DNA of 248,000 nt from Hyalangium minutum. GTDB taxonomy: Bacteria; Myxococcota; Myxococcia; Myxococcales; Myxococcaceae. Within the stretch, counting starts at the first letter, position 1. Each line of letters starts with the position of its first letter. Location: assembly GCF_000737315.1 (NCBI RefSeq), contig NZ_JMCB01000005.1:20001-268000 (forward strand), in the 5' to 3' direction. Positions 1-9,746 of this stretch are shown in pieces. Both the position numbers and the translations under genes were made by a program. The notes beneath the pieces are model-generated. The model was not told the DNA's origin and did not search any database. It saw only the letters and a list, made by a program, of their open reading frames with translations.

Positions 1-641
1 TCGGGGCGGCCGAAGATCTGCTCCAGCTCCTTCTCGTAGAGGGCTTGGATTTCCTGGAGGGCCTTCTGGTCCTCCTCGATGCGGGTGAGGAGCGCGGCCT
101 TCCACGCGGGCGACTGCGGGAGCGACTCGATGGCGGCGCGCAGGTCCGTGAGGGAGTCCTTGAAGGCGAGCTTGTCGCCGTCGCGCAGGTCGGGCGACTT
201 CTCCAGCCACTCGAGGAAGGCGGAGATGCCGGCCGGCGCGGCTGTGCTGCTGGCGGTGGCGGTGAGTTCCTCGCCGAACTGCTCGCCGAGCTCATCAAGG
301 GCGTGCCGGTTCTGCTCGAAGATCATCCGGCCGACGACGGTGATGCGCTCACGGGCATCGTCATCGAGCGAGGCCTGATCCGAGGCCAGGACGATGTTCT
401 TCCGGTAGCGGGTGACGATCTCGCTCAGCTCCTGGGCGCGGGAGGCCGGAACGGCGGGCGCCGAAGCCGCGGCAGATGGGGTGCTAGGGCTCGGCGAGGA
501 GGGCGCGGTAGCGGCAGGAGCCGGGGGCGTCGCGGGAGGATTGGATGCCTTGCCCTTGCAAGAGGTGAGGAGGCCAACGGCGGCGAGCGTGATCAGGCTC
601 GTCGCGAGGCGCGAGAATCGAGCCGAGCGGGAAGTGTGCAT
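1..641 (-). CDS. Lipoprotein, runs off the window edge (possibly N-terminus of a polysaccharide deacetylase family protein)
   Basis: Manual translation MHTSRSARFSRLATSLITLAAVGLLTSCKGK..., lipobox LTSC, open to position 1; family call from memory only. Confidence 0.5.
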   Translation of the reverse strand, partial: MHTSRSARFSRLATSLITLAAVGLLTSCKGKASNPPATPPAPAATAPSSPSPSTPSAAASAPAVPASRAQELSEIVTRYRKNIVLASDQASLDDDARERITVVGRMIFEQNRHALDELGEQFGEELTATASSTAAPAGISAFLEWLEKSPDLRDGDKLAFKDSLTDLRAAIESLPQSPAWKAALLTRIEEDQKALQEIQALYEKELEQIFGRP

Positions 642-770
642 GTGAACTGAGGGACTCCGCCGCGAAGAATGCCGGGCCGAGCGTGGGGTGCCAAGTCGCA
701 TCAAGTAGGACTATGACGCACAGTGAAGCGCCCGCATCCTTATATAGGAGCGAGCAGGCTCCACGCGGGG

Positions 771-1394
771 TCAGGGCGACCGGAGCGGGGGCCAGAGGTC
801 ACCGAGCTTCAGCTCGATGGCATCGAAGGGCTCGGCGCGGATGACGTCGTCCTCGCCGTAGACGCCCAGTTCCAGCCAGCGCCCGCTGCTCAGCTTGCTG
901 ACAGAGAGCGTCCGCGCCTCGATGTCGATGAACCAGAGGTGGCCCACGTCGATGCGTGCGTAGAAGGGGCGCTTGATGCGCTGATCATAGGCACGCGTCG
1001 TGGGCGAAAGGATCTCGCAGGCCCAGTCTGGAGCAACGGTCCAGCGCTCAGGCCACTCCGGCACACGTTCACGGCGCCAGCCGGCGAGGTCTGGGATGAA
1101 CTCGGGAGAGCCTTCGAGTTGGATGCCGGGTTCCGTTTCGATCCACCAGCCGCCCGGGCCACCGCGACCTACCTGGAAGGGACCGTCGAGCCCACCGAAG
1201 AGCCTGCCTTCGACGATGCCGTGACCCGCGCGTGGACGGGCATGGGTATAGAGCGTCCCCTCGATGATCTCTCCCACGAGGTTCTCTGGGAGAGCTTCGA
1301 GGTCGGCGAGGGTCGGGGGACCCTTGAGCTGTCGTGCGCCGTAACCCATGGGATAAGTCTGGAGATAACGCGGGCCGCTGGCAAGCAAGCCCAC
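771..1394 (-). CDS. Uma2 family endonuclease-like protein
   Basis: EIIEG..., PDLAGW, APDWACEILSPTT motifs. Confidence 0.85.
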   Translation of the reverse strand: MGLLASGPRYLQTYPMGYGARQLKGPPTLADLEALPENLVGEIIEGTLYTHARPRAGHGIVEGRLFGGLDGPFQVGRGGPGGWWIETEPGIQLEGSPEFIPDLAGWRRERVPEWPERWTVAPDWACEILSPTTRAYDQRIKRPFYARIDVGHLWFIDIEARTLSVSKLSSGRWLELGVYGEDDVIRAEPFDAIELKLGDLWPPLRSP

Positions 1395-1415
1395 GGTGGG
1401 CTGCTCATTCCCTGG

Positions 1416-2153
1416 CTACAGCTTCAGCTTCTTGAAGATGCCCTCAGGGATGGAGCGGATGATGAACATGATGAGGGCCCACTTGGCGGGGACGTAGACC
1501 TCGTTCTTGCGTTTATCGGCCGCACGCAGAATCCCTCGGGCGACTTGCTCCGGCGAGGCAAAGAGCTTGTTCTTCGGGATGTGCGCCGTCATGGGCGTGT
1601 CCACGAAGCCGGGCTTCACCGTCACCACGGCGACACCCGAGCGCGACAGCCGGTTGCGCAGCCCCTGGAGGAACACGTTCAGCGCGCCCTTCGAGGCGCC
1701 ATACACGTAGTTGCTCTGCCGGCCCCGGTCTCCCGCCACCGAGGAGATGACTACCAGCGTGCCGGCCTTTTGCGCCTCGAAGCGGTTGGCGAGCACCGTC
1801 AGCAGGGAGGCCGCGCTCAGGAAGTTGGTGCGCAGCACCTTCTCCGTCTCTGCCCAGGAGCGCTCGCAGGTCTTCTGGTCTCCGAGCACGCCGTGCGCAA
1901 TCAGCGCTCCATCCAATCCGCCGAGTGCCTGAGCCGCACGTTCCACCAGTGCCTCGTGCGCGGAGAAGTCGTCGAGATCCAGCGCCTGCTGCTCCACCTT
2001 GGCGGCCCCGCGAGTGGCTGCGTCCCTCGCGACCGCATCGAGGTTCGTGGCGTTGCGGCCCACCAGATACAGCGCGGCCCCACGCGCGGCGAGCAGCCGC
2101 ACCGTGGCCTGTGCGATGGCGCTCGTGGCACCGAGGACAAGGACCTTCTTCAT
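1416..2153 (-). CDS. SDR oxidoreductase, DprE2-like
   Basis: GATSAIA, YGASK motifs; coupled to DprE1-like gene. Confidence 0.85.
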   Translation of the reverse strand: MKKVLVLGATSAIAQATVRLLAARGAALYLVGRNATNLDAVARDAATRGAAKVEQQALDLDDFSAHEALVERAAQALGGLDGALIAHGVLGDQKTCERSWAETEKVLRTNFLSAASLLTVLANRFEAQKAGTLVVISSVAGDRGRQSNYVYGASKGALNVFLQGLRNRLSRSGVAVVTVKPGFVDTPMTAHIPKNKLFASPEQVARGILRAADKRKNEVYVPAKWALIMFIIRSIPEGIFKKLKL

Positions 2154-3505
2154 GGTGAGCGGACCATAGCTTGTGCTTGCGACGAATCGAGCACCCGGCG
2201 CCAGAAGGAAGACGAGAACGCGGGGTCCACGTACGGCTTGAATCGCTCGAGCTGCGGGAAGTATGCCGCGAAGTTCTCAGCGCTCATCCGTGCATCCTTC
2301 GCCGGGTACACCGCACCGCCTGCTTGCCGCGTGACGTGATCCAACTCCGCCACCAGCTTCCAGGTGCGCTCGCCCCGGTTCGCGAAGTCCAGCGCCAGCG
2401 TCACTCCCGGCCGAGGGAAGGACAGCCACCCCGGCGACGCCACGCTCCCAAACGTCTTCAGCACGTTCAGGAAGCTCGGCACCTCGCGTGCGCTGCGCTC
2501 CAAAATCTCCCGCAGCGCATCCCGAGCCGTCGCATGCGGCACCACGCACTGGAACTGCAAGAACCCCCGCCGTCCGTAGATGCGGTTCCACCGATGCACG
2601 GCATCCAGTGGATAGAAGAACGGATCGTAGTGCTGCAGCTTGGGGCCCCGGTTGATCAGGTTCACCCGGTAGTAGAGCCAGTTGAACGCCGCCACCGACA
2701 GCCAGTTCAGGCTGAAGCCCGGAAAATCGATCGGCACCACCAGCCCCGAGCCGCTGTTCAAGTGGCTCTTCTTCAGCGGCAGCCCCTCCAGCTGCGGCGG
2801 CGCGAAGTTCCCCCGGTAATACAGCCCGCGTCCCAGCCTCCGGCCCTTCGCCAGCCCATCCAGCCACGCGACCGTGAACTCGTAGTCCGGCTCGGACTCC
2901 CGTGACACTTCGAAGAACGCGTCCAGGTTCTCCAGCGGCACGGTCTCCGTCAGCACGAACGGGTTGTGAATGGGCCGCAGCTGCACCTCGGCCCACAGGA
3001 TGAGCCCCGTCAGTCCCAGGCCCGCGATGGTGGCCTCGTACCAGTCACGGTTCTCCTCGGGAGAGCACACCCGCCGGCTGCCATCCGAGCGCAGCAGCTC
3101 GAACCGCTTCACATACCGTCCGAACGTTCCGGCCCGGTGGTGGTTCTTGCCGTGCACATCGTTTGCGATCGCCCCACCCACCGTGACGAACTTCGTCCCC
3201 GGCGTGACCGGCAGGAACCAGCCCCGAGGCACTGCCAGCCGGAGAAGGGTCTCCAGCGTGACGCCCGCCTCGCACCGCACCACGCCCGTGGCCGCATCGA
3301 AGTCCAGCAGCCGGTCCAGCGCCGCCGTGGTGAGCAGCGTGCCGCCCTCGTTCAGGCACGAGTCCCCATAGCTCCGCCCCATCCCGTACGGCAGCAGGGT
3401 GCCATCACCGGCCTCCGGGAGCCGGTCCGTCTGCCAGACGATGGGGTGCGCCGCCTGCTGCGTGGCAAGCGGGTAGCGCCCCCAAGATTGATGCCCGTTC
3501 GTCAT
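2150..3505 (-). CDS. FAD-binding oxidoreductase, DprE1-like
   Basis: GRSYGD, PVTPGTKFVTVGGAIANDVHGKNHH, YPAKD motifs. Confidence 0.88.
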   Translation of the reverse strand: MTNGHQSWGRYPLATQQAAHPIVWQTDRLPEAGDGTLLPYGMGRSYGDSCLNEGGTLLTTAALDRLLDFDAATGVVRCEAGVTLETLLRLAVPRGWFLPVTPGTKFVTVGGAIANDVHGKNHHRAGTFGRYVKRFELLRSDGSRRVCSPEENRDWYEATIAGLGLTGLILWAEVQLRPIHNPFVLTETVPLENLDAFFEVSRESEPDYEFTVAWLDGLAKGRRLGRGLYYRGNFAPPQLEGLPLKKSHLNSGSGLVVPIDFPGFSLNWLSVAAFNWLYYRVNLINRGPKLQHYDPFFYPLDAVHRWNRIYGRRGFLQFQCVVPHATARDALREILERSAREVPSFLNVLKTFGSVASPGWLSFPRPGVTLALDFANRGERTWKLVAELDHVTRQAGGAVYPAKDARMSAENFAAYFPQLERFKPYVDPAFSSSFWRRVLDSSQAQAMVRSP

Positions 3506-3515
3506 CCTGGCCTGC

Positions 3516-4964
3516 TCACGTGGCCACCAGCAGCACGAGCGCCGCCACCAGCCCCACCGCGTAGCTCACCTTATCTCGCAGCGCAAAGACCAGCGGATCC
3601 TCGTTCACCAGTCCCCGGTGCGCCAGCAGCCACACCCGGCTCACCCAGTACAGCATCACCGGGCACAGCATCCACAGCCGCTCGGGGTTGCTGTAGAGGA
3701 CCGTCACCTCCTTGCTGGTGATGTAGAACGCCAGCACCAGCACCGAGATGTACCCGGCCGCCACACCCAGGCTCGCCAGCTGCTCGTAGTCGCTCGCCAG
3801 GTAGCCTCGGCCCGGCGTCGCCTCCTCGTTGGCCAGCCGCAGCCGCCGGACCTCGGACAGCCGCTTCACCAGCGCCAGCGACAGGAACAGGAACATCGAG
3901 AAGGTGAACAGCCAGCTCGACGTCGGCACCCCCGTCGCAAGCGAGCCGCCGAAGATGCGCACCGTGTACAGGCCCGCCAGCACCAGCACATCCAGCACCA
4001 TCACCTGCTTGAGGTGCAGCGAGTACGCGAACGTCGCCAGATAGTACGTGGCCAGCAGCCCCACGAAGGGCAGCGGCAGCAGCAGCGCCGCCACCGTGAA
4101 GCCCGCCACCAACAGCACCGGCGCCAGCACCGCTCCCACCCTCACCGGCAAGTCACCCGAGGCGAACGGGCGCTTGCGCTTGGTCGGGTGCTGCCGGTCC
4201 GAGTCCAAGTCGAGCAAGTCATTGAGGATGTACACGCTGGATGCGCACAGGCTGAACGCCACGAAGGCCAGCGCCGCCTGCATCAGCAGCTCGAACTGCT
4301 GGGCCTTGTGCGCCAGCAGCGCCGGGACGAAGACCAGGATGTTCTTGGCCCACTGGTGCACGCGCAGCGCCTTCACCCACGTGCGCACGCTCGTGCGAGG
4401 CGCCTCGAAGACGCGCACCTCGCCCCGGCCCAGCGCACGCACCTTGCGCTCCAGCCCGGACGAGCCGTGCACCACCACCGCCCGCCGTGCCTCGCGCCAC
4501 AGCGCCAGGTCCACCTCGCCATCGCCCGCGTAGTCGAACTCGGGGTGCGCCTGCTTCAGCCGCGCCAGCTTCCTCGCGCCCGAGAGGTTCACCGTGCCGT
4601 CGCTGGCGTACACCTCGGAGAACAACTCCAGGTGCGCCGCCACCGCGTCCGCAATGGTCTGATCCGCCGCCGTCGCCAGCACCAGCCGCCGGCCCCGCGC
4701 CTTCTCCTCCCGAAGGTAGGCCAGCAGTGGCTCGCTGTAGGGCAGGCGCGCGGCATCCAGCTTCACCCGTCGTCCCACCTCCGCCTTGAAGGCCGCCTTG
4801 CCCTTGAGCATCCACAGCGCCGCGAGCACCAGCAGCAGCGGGTTGCGCTTGAGCAGCACCAGCAGGCTCTCGTGCAGCGTGTCCGTGCGCACCAGTGTCC
4901 CGTCGAGATCGACGACGAGCGGCACGTCCGAGGCCGAGGTGGTGGCAGGTGAGGCGGAGGACAT
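3516..4964 (-). CDS. HAD-like domain fused to UbiA-family polyprenyl-phosphate phosphoribosyltransferase
   Basis: VDLDGTL (HAD), RVHQWAKN, YILNDLLDLDSDRQHPTKRKRP; start reset to ATG 4964. Confidence 0.85.
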   Translation of the reverse strand: MSSASPATTSASDVPLVVDLDGTLVRTDTLHESLLVLLKRNPLLLVLAALWMLKGKAAFKAEVGRRVKLDAARLPYSEPLLAYLREEKARGRRLVLATAADQTIADAVAAHLELFSEVYASDGTVNLSGARKLARLKQAHPEFDYAGDGEVDLALWREARRAVVVHGSSGLERKVRALGRGEVRVFEAPRTSVRTWVKALRVHQWAKNILVFVPALLAHKAQQFELLMQAALAFVAFSLCASSVYILNDLLDLDSDRQHPTKRKRPFASGDLPVRVGAVLAPVLLVAGFTVAALLLPLPFVGLLATYYLATFAYSLHLKQVMVLDVLVLAGLYTVRIFGGSLATGVPTSSWLFTFSMFLFLSLALVKRLSEVRRLRLANEEATPGRGYLASDYEQLASLGVAAGYISVLVLAFYITSKEVTVLYSNPERLWMLCPVMLYWVSRVWLLAHRGLVNEDPLVFALRDKVSYAVGLVAALVLLVAT

Positions 4965-5061
4965 CACGGAGCCCCGTAGGGTAGCGCGGGCCCGCCACAG
5001 GCTCCATTTCCACGTGACGGCTGCTGGCCCGGACCCGGAGGGAGGGAGGGATCGGGCGCGC

Positions 5062-6102
5062 TCATTCCGGCTGGGCGAGGATGAGCGTCTGCAGCGGTAG
5101 CCGCCGGATGGGCTGCGTCTTGGTGATCTTGAAGCCCGCGTCGTCCAGGAAGCCCTCCACCTCGGCAGGCGTGTACGCCGCCGCCTTCGAGGTGAGGAAG
5201 TAGTGCAGGCCAATGAGGGCCGAGGCGCTCGGCTCGGCCTCCACCTCCTCGCGCAGGTACTCCAGGACAGCGAGCGTGCCCTTGGGCCCCAGCGCGGTGC
5301 GCACCCGGCGCAGCAGCGCCACGTTCTGCGCGGGCGACAGGTGGTGCACCACCTGAAACAGGAGCGCCGCATCGTACGGGCCGCCCAGCTCCGCCGTGAG
5401 GATGTCGCCCTCACGGTGCGTCACCACGTGCGACAGGCCCGCCGCCGCGATGATCTCCCGCCCCACGCGTGCACTGCCCTCCAGGTCCACCACCGTGGCC
5501 TTCAGCCCGCGGTGCTTCTGGCACAGCTCCGCCGAGAACCAGCCATGCGCCCCGCCCAGGTCCAGCAGGTGCTTGGCGCCTCGGGGCAGCGGAATGGCCG
5601 AGGCCACCTCCGGCGCCGCCAGCCGCGCCAGCTGGTGCATGGCGTGGATGTAGTCCTTCCACCGCGGGTCATCCGGCGCGAAGTCGTGGATGTCCACCGG
5701 CTTGCCGGTGCGCACTGTCTCCTCCAACTCGCTCCACCACGACCACTGGGCGTAGTTGAACTCGATGAAGCCGCCGATGTACTGCGGCGAGCGCGGATCC
5801 AGCCAGCGCCGCGCCCGCTCATCCAGCAGGTAGCGGTCGCGCTTGCGCTTCACCACCTCGCAGGACACCAGGCCCTCGAGCAGTGCGCGCGTCCCCTCGG
5901 GCGAGAGCTTCAGCCGCTCGGCCAGGGCCTCCGCGGTGGCCGGGCCCTCCGCCAGCGCCGCGTACACCCCCAGCCTCACGCCCGCCATCATCGTCCGGGA
6001 GCTCATCATCCCGAAGAAGACGTGGGCGATGGGCATGGGCGCCAGGTTGAACCAGTTCGCCACCCGCTCCAACAGGTTGTCCGCCCTGAAGCCGAGCCGC
6101 AC
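5062..6102 (-). CDS. SAM-dependent O-methyltransferase with dimerisation domain
   Basis: LLDLGGAHG motif; GTG start at 6102. Confidence 0.8.
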   Translation of the reverse strand: MRLGFRADNLLERVANWFNLAPMPIAHVFFGMMSSRTMMAGVRLGVYAALAEGPATAEALAERLKLSPEGTRALLEGLVSCEVVKRKRDRYLLDERARRWLDPRSPQYIGGFIEFNYAQWSWWSELEETVRTGKPVDIHDFAPDDPRWKDYIHAMHQLARLAAPEVASAIPLPRGAKHLLDLGGAHGWFSAELCQKHRGLKATVVDLEGSARVGREIIAAAGLSHVVTHREGDILTAELGGPYDAALLFQVVHHLSPAQNVALLRRVRTALGPKGTLAVLEYLREEVEAEPSASALIGLHYFLTSKAAAYTPAEVEGFLDDAGFKITKTQPIRRLPLQTLILAQPE

Positions 6103-6464
6103 TACGCCCTCCTCCGCAACGCCACCGCCAGCCCCACTCCCACCACCACCATCGCGGCCTCGGGGCCGCCCAGGCAGCCCACGCGCTCGGCCTCGCGAAT
6201 CCCGGTGTAGCGGCACTTGCCCTGGTTGCAATTGAAGCGCGGCGAGCAGTCGGAGCTGCTCCGGCAGTTCACCACCACGCGGCCCACGCCATCCTCACCT
6301 TCTGGGTTGTCCCGGTCCGGTCCACCCTCTCCCACCGAGGCGTCCGGCGCGGTGGAAGTCCCCCCATCCTCCCCACCTGTCTGGGCGTGTGCGGCCCAGG
6401 GCACACCCAGACACAGGGTGATCGCGGCGGTGAGCAGGCAGGTTCTTAGGGACAGGGGGGCCAT
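6102..6464 (-). CDS. Small MYXO-CTERM-type surface protein
   Basis: Signal peptide, Cys motif, C-terminal GC...TM-RRR. Confidence 0.65.
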   Translation of the reverse strand: MAPLSLRTCLLTAAITLCLGVPWAAHAQTGGEDGGTSTAPDASVGEGGPDRDNPEGEDGVGRVVVNCRSSSDCSPRFNCNQGKCRYTGIREAERVGCLGGPEAAMVVVGVGLAVALRRRA

Positions 6465-6567
6465 GGGGGTGTTCTGAACCTACCCTCCCACGCGCCCGGT
6501 TGCATCCTTTGGGAGTACAAACAGTTTCCTGATCCCGACCCGGGGTTTTGCTAGGTTACGCCCACCG

Positions 6568-7896
6568 ATGGCCCCCCGAATCCTCGTCGTCGACGACAAC
6601 CAGGAGCTCCTGTCTCTTCTCACGCAGCTCTTCGAGGATGCAGGCTATGAGGTGAGCGCGGCGAGCCGGGGCAAGCAGGCCACCGAGCTGGCCAAGGGCC
6701 AGGCGCTGTCCGCCGCGGTCATCGACGTGCTGCTGCCCGACATGATGGGCTACCACCTGGCGGACGCGCTCCGGAAGGAGCAGCCGCAGGTGCCGCTGCT
6801 CTTCATCACCGGTGTGTTCAAGGGTGGCAAGCACGCCATCGAGGCCCGGCAGAAGTACGCGGCCGCCGGCTACTTCGAGAAGCCCTTCGAGGCCCAGAAG
6901 CTCCTGGAGGCGGTGGCCAAGCTGGTGCCTCCGGAGAAGAAGGCCACGCCCCCAGCCCCCCGCCCGCAGGATGCGTTCGAGGTGGAGCTGGACATCGACG
7001 TGGAGGAGGAGGGGCCGCAGGACGCGATGGAGCTCACCGGCCGCATCAAGGTGACGGGCGGTGGCAACCTGTCGGCGGAGATTCGCGGCGCCAACCTGAC
7101 GGCCAGCCCCATGCAGAAGGGGCCGGTGACCGTGGTGCGGCATCCGCAGCCGGGCCGTCCGCCGGATCCGGTGCCCGCGGGCGCGGGCGGGCCGGGCATG
7201 CGCCGCGGCGAGCTGAAGGACAACCTGCCCTCGCTCATCACTGCCTTCTTCCTGTCGAAGGAGACCGGCGAGCTGGGCGTGCAGCGCGGCAAGGTGAAGA
7301 AGGTCGTCTACTTCGAGCACGGCACGCCGGTGTTCGCGCTGTCCAACCTGTTGTCGGACCGGTTCGGCCAGTTCCTCGTGCGCGTGGGGAAGATTCGCCC
7401 CGAGCAGCTCCAGGACGCGGCCACGGTGGCCACGCAGACGCAGCGCCGCACGGGAGACATCCTGGTGGAGCGCGGGCTGCTCAAGGACACTGAGCGGCTG
7501 TACTACGTGGGCCAGCAGGTGAAGGCGATCATCTACTCGCTCTTCTCGTGGGAGGACGGCACCTACGTGATGAGCTTCAAGGAGAAGGCGACCGCCGAGT
7601 CCATCAAGCTGGACCTGCACCCGGCGAACCTGATCGTCCGCGGGGTGAAGAAGCTCTACAAGCCGGAGCGCCTGCGCCGGCTGCTGCGGCCGGAGGATCG
7701 GCTCATCCCGGCGGTGGCGCCCTCGTACAATCTCAGCGAGGTGGAGCTGGAGCGGTGGGAGGCGGAGTTGCTGCCGCGCGTGGATGGGAACCGGACGGTG
7801 GCGGAGCTCCTGGCGTACGCCAACCGGCCCGAGCAGGTGGTCTACGGCTTCCTGGTGGCGATGCAGTCGCTGGGCGTGCTGGACCGGCGGCAGTAG
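6568..7896 (+). CDS. Response regulator with DUF4388-like C-terminal domain
   Basis: ILVVDDN, DVLLPDMMG, KPF. Confidence 0.85.
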   Translation: MAPRILVVDDNQELLSLLTQLFEDAGYEVSAASRGKQATELAKGQALSAAVIDVLLPDMMGYHLADALRKEQPQVPLLFITGVFKGGKHAIEARQKYAAAGYFEKPFEAQKLLEAVAKLVPPEKKATPPAPRPQDAFEVELDIDVEEEGPQDAMELTGRIKVTGGGNLSAEIRGANLTASPMQKGPVTVVRHPQPGRPPDPVPAGAGGPGMRRGELKDNLPSLITAFFLSKETGELGVQRGKVKKVVYFEHGTPVFALSNLLSDRFGQFLVRVGKIRPEQLQDAATVATQTQRRTGDILVERGLLKDTERLYYVGQQVKAIIYSLFSWEDGTYVMSFKEKATAESIKLDLHPANLIVRGVKKLYKPERLRRLLRPEDRLIPAVAPSYNLSEVELERWEAELLPRVDGNRTVAELLAYANRPEQVVYGFLVAMQSLGVLDRRQ

Positions 7897-7905
7897 GCGC
7901 GGCGG

Positions 7906-8547
7906 TTAGAGCCGCGAGCCGATCCAAAACATGCCGAGCGCGCCCGAGCCCACGGCGATGGCGCGGTGGACCCAGGTGGCCAGTCCCGCGCCCAGGCGGG
8001 ACATGCCCTCGGCGAAGATCAGACCCACGGCGCCCATGCCCAGGAGGATGCCCAGGGCGAAGCCGGGCAGGTAGCTCCACGCGCCCAGGCTCATGCTGCC
8101 GCCCATGAGGAGCGGGGGCAGCGCCAGCAGCAGCGAGCGCACGCCGCTGACGGCCATGAGGGCGCCCGCGGCGGTGCTGACCTTCTCGTGGACGTGGTGG
8201 TGGGGCTCCACGGTGTGGCCGGGCAGGTGCGGGTGTCCGTGGCGCAGGCTGTTGGGGAAGAGCAGGGCGGTGACGGCCAGGGCCACGAGCACGCCGCCAC
8301 CGAACACTTCGGCCCAGCGCTCGAAGGCCTCGGACAGGCCCACCCCGGCGAGCAGGCAGACAGCGGCCACCGTGCCCAGCACCGCCGCGTGGCCGAAAGC
8401 GAAGCGCAGCGCGGTGAGCAGGGCGGCGCGGCGCCGGCCGGTGCCCAGGGTGTTGAGCGTGGCCATGGCGGCGCAGTGGTCCGGCCCCACCGCGTGGAGC
8501 AGGCCCTGGCCGAGACCGACGGCGAATGCGAAGAAGACGGGAGACAC
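7906..8547 (-). CDS. Ni/Co transporter-like membrane protein (HupE/NicO/UreH-like)
   Basis: HAVGPDH motif, His-rich loop, multiple TM segments. Confidence 0.65.
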   Translation of the reverse strand: MSPVFFAFAVGLGQGLLHAVGPDHCAAMATLNTLGTGRRRAALLTALRFAFGHAAVLGTVAAVCLLAGVGLSEAFERWAEVFGGGVLVALAVTALLFPNSLRHGHPHLPGHTVEPHHHVHEKVSTAAGALMAVSGVRSLLLALPPLLMGGSMSLGAWSYLPGFALGILLGMGAVGLIFAEGMSRLGAGLATWVHRAIAVGSGALGMFWIGSRL

Positions 8548-8598
8548 TGCGGCGCACCCTAGCCGCGCGGTGCACGTATGGCCAGCATAGGAGTCACC

Positions 8599-9093
8599 AT
8601 GGTTTTCACTTTGATGCATCGACGGCTGGCTGCGGGGGTGTGGGTGCTGAGTTTGTGTTTGTTGCCGGGCTGTGACGAGGGCCCGAAGCAGCTCACCCAG
8701 GCCGAGGCCCAGTACGCGGACCTCGTCGGGCGCGGGGTGGCACCGAAGGATCCGGCCTGGGACTCGGTGATTGCCGCCTTCGAGGCCATCCCGAAGGACT
8801 CGAAGGCCCGGCCCGAGGCGGAGCGGCGGCTGGAAGCCTTGCGGACGCTGCGAGGCAAGCTGCCGCCCCGGCCGCTGGCCACGCCGGGTGCGACGGGGCC
8901 GGGAGCGGACGCGGTGGAGGCGCAGCGCGCGGAGTGCGAGAGGCTCGCGAAGGAGCTGGGCACGGCCTCGGAGGCGCAGCGCGAACAGGTGCGACAGGCG
9001 CTCACGGCCTGCCGGGAGAAGCTGGTGCGGCTGGAGGCCTCGGCGCACCCACCGGGCGAGGGCGGAGGAGCGGAGCCGGAGGGAGCGCACTGA
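8599..9093 (+). CDS. Hypothetical lipoprotein
   Basis: Lipobox LPGC; RBS AGGAG before ATG 8599. Confidence 0.6.
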   Translation: MVFTLMHRRLAAGVWVLSLCLLPGCDEGPKQLTQAEAQYADLVGRGVAPKDPAWDSVIAAFEAIPKDSKARPEAERRLEALRTLRGKLPPRPLATPGATGPGADAVEAQRAECERLAKELGTASEAQREQVRQALTACREKLVRLEASAHPPGEGGGAEPEGAH

Positions 9094-9170
9094 CGCCGGG
9101 GTGGGCGCGCCACAGGTGACCTGTGAAGTAGTGCTTGCCTCAGCCGAGCGAGGGAGCTAGCACAAGGGCC

Positions 9171-9734
9171 ATGCCCTTCCCCTCAGTTGGCAGCAAGGCC
9201 CCCGACTTCAAGCTCGCTGATCAGACCGGCAAGACCGTGTCCCTCGCGCAGTTCGCGGGAAAGAACGTCGTCCTCTACTTCTACCCGAAGGACGACACCC
9301 CCGGCTGCACGGTGGAGGCCTGCAACTTCCGCGACGAGCACTCGGCGCTGGAGAAGGCGGGCGCGGTGGTGCTGGGCGTGTCGCCGGACACCACGAAGAG
9401 CCACGAGAAGTTCGCCAACAAGTTCAACCTGCCGTTCCCGCTGCTGGCGGACATCGAGCACAAGGTGGCGGACGCGTACGGCGCGTGGGGCGAGAAGGTG
9501 AACTACGGCCGCACGTACATGGGCATCATCCGCTCCACGGTGCTCATCGACGGCGAGGGCAAGGTGAAGCACGTGTGGCCGAAGGTGAAGGTGAACGGCC
9601 ACGTGAACGAGGTGCTCTCGATGCTGACCGGAGGCACCGCCGAGGCCCCGGCCGCGGCGAAGAAGGCGCCCGCCAAGAAGGCCGCCGCGAAGAAGGCTCC
9701 CGCCGCGAAGAAGGCCGCTCCGCGCAGCCGCTGA
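9171..9734 (+). CDS. bcp: Peroxiredoxin Bcp with Lys/Ala-rich tail
   Basis: YFYPKDDTPGCTVEACNFRD. Confidence 0.9.
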   Translation: MPFPSVGSKAPDFKLADQTGKTVSLAQFAGKNVVLYFYPKDDTPGCTVEACNFRDEHSALEKAGAVVLGVSPDTTKSHEKFANKFNLPFPLLADIEHKVADAYGAWGEKVNYGRTYMGIIRSTVLIDGEGKVKHVWPKVKVNGHVNEVLSMLTGGTAEAPAAAKKAPAKKAAAKKAPAAKKAAPRSR

Positions 9735-9746
9735 GTTCGACTCAGG

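Noticed and set aside
771-1394. Uma2 nuclease as a mobile element marker
   Set aside because: Highly expanded solitary family in myxobacteria; no flanking repeats or transposase
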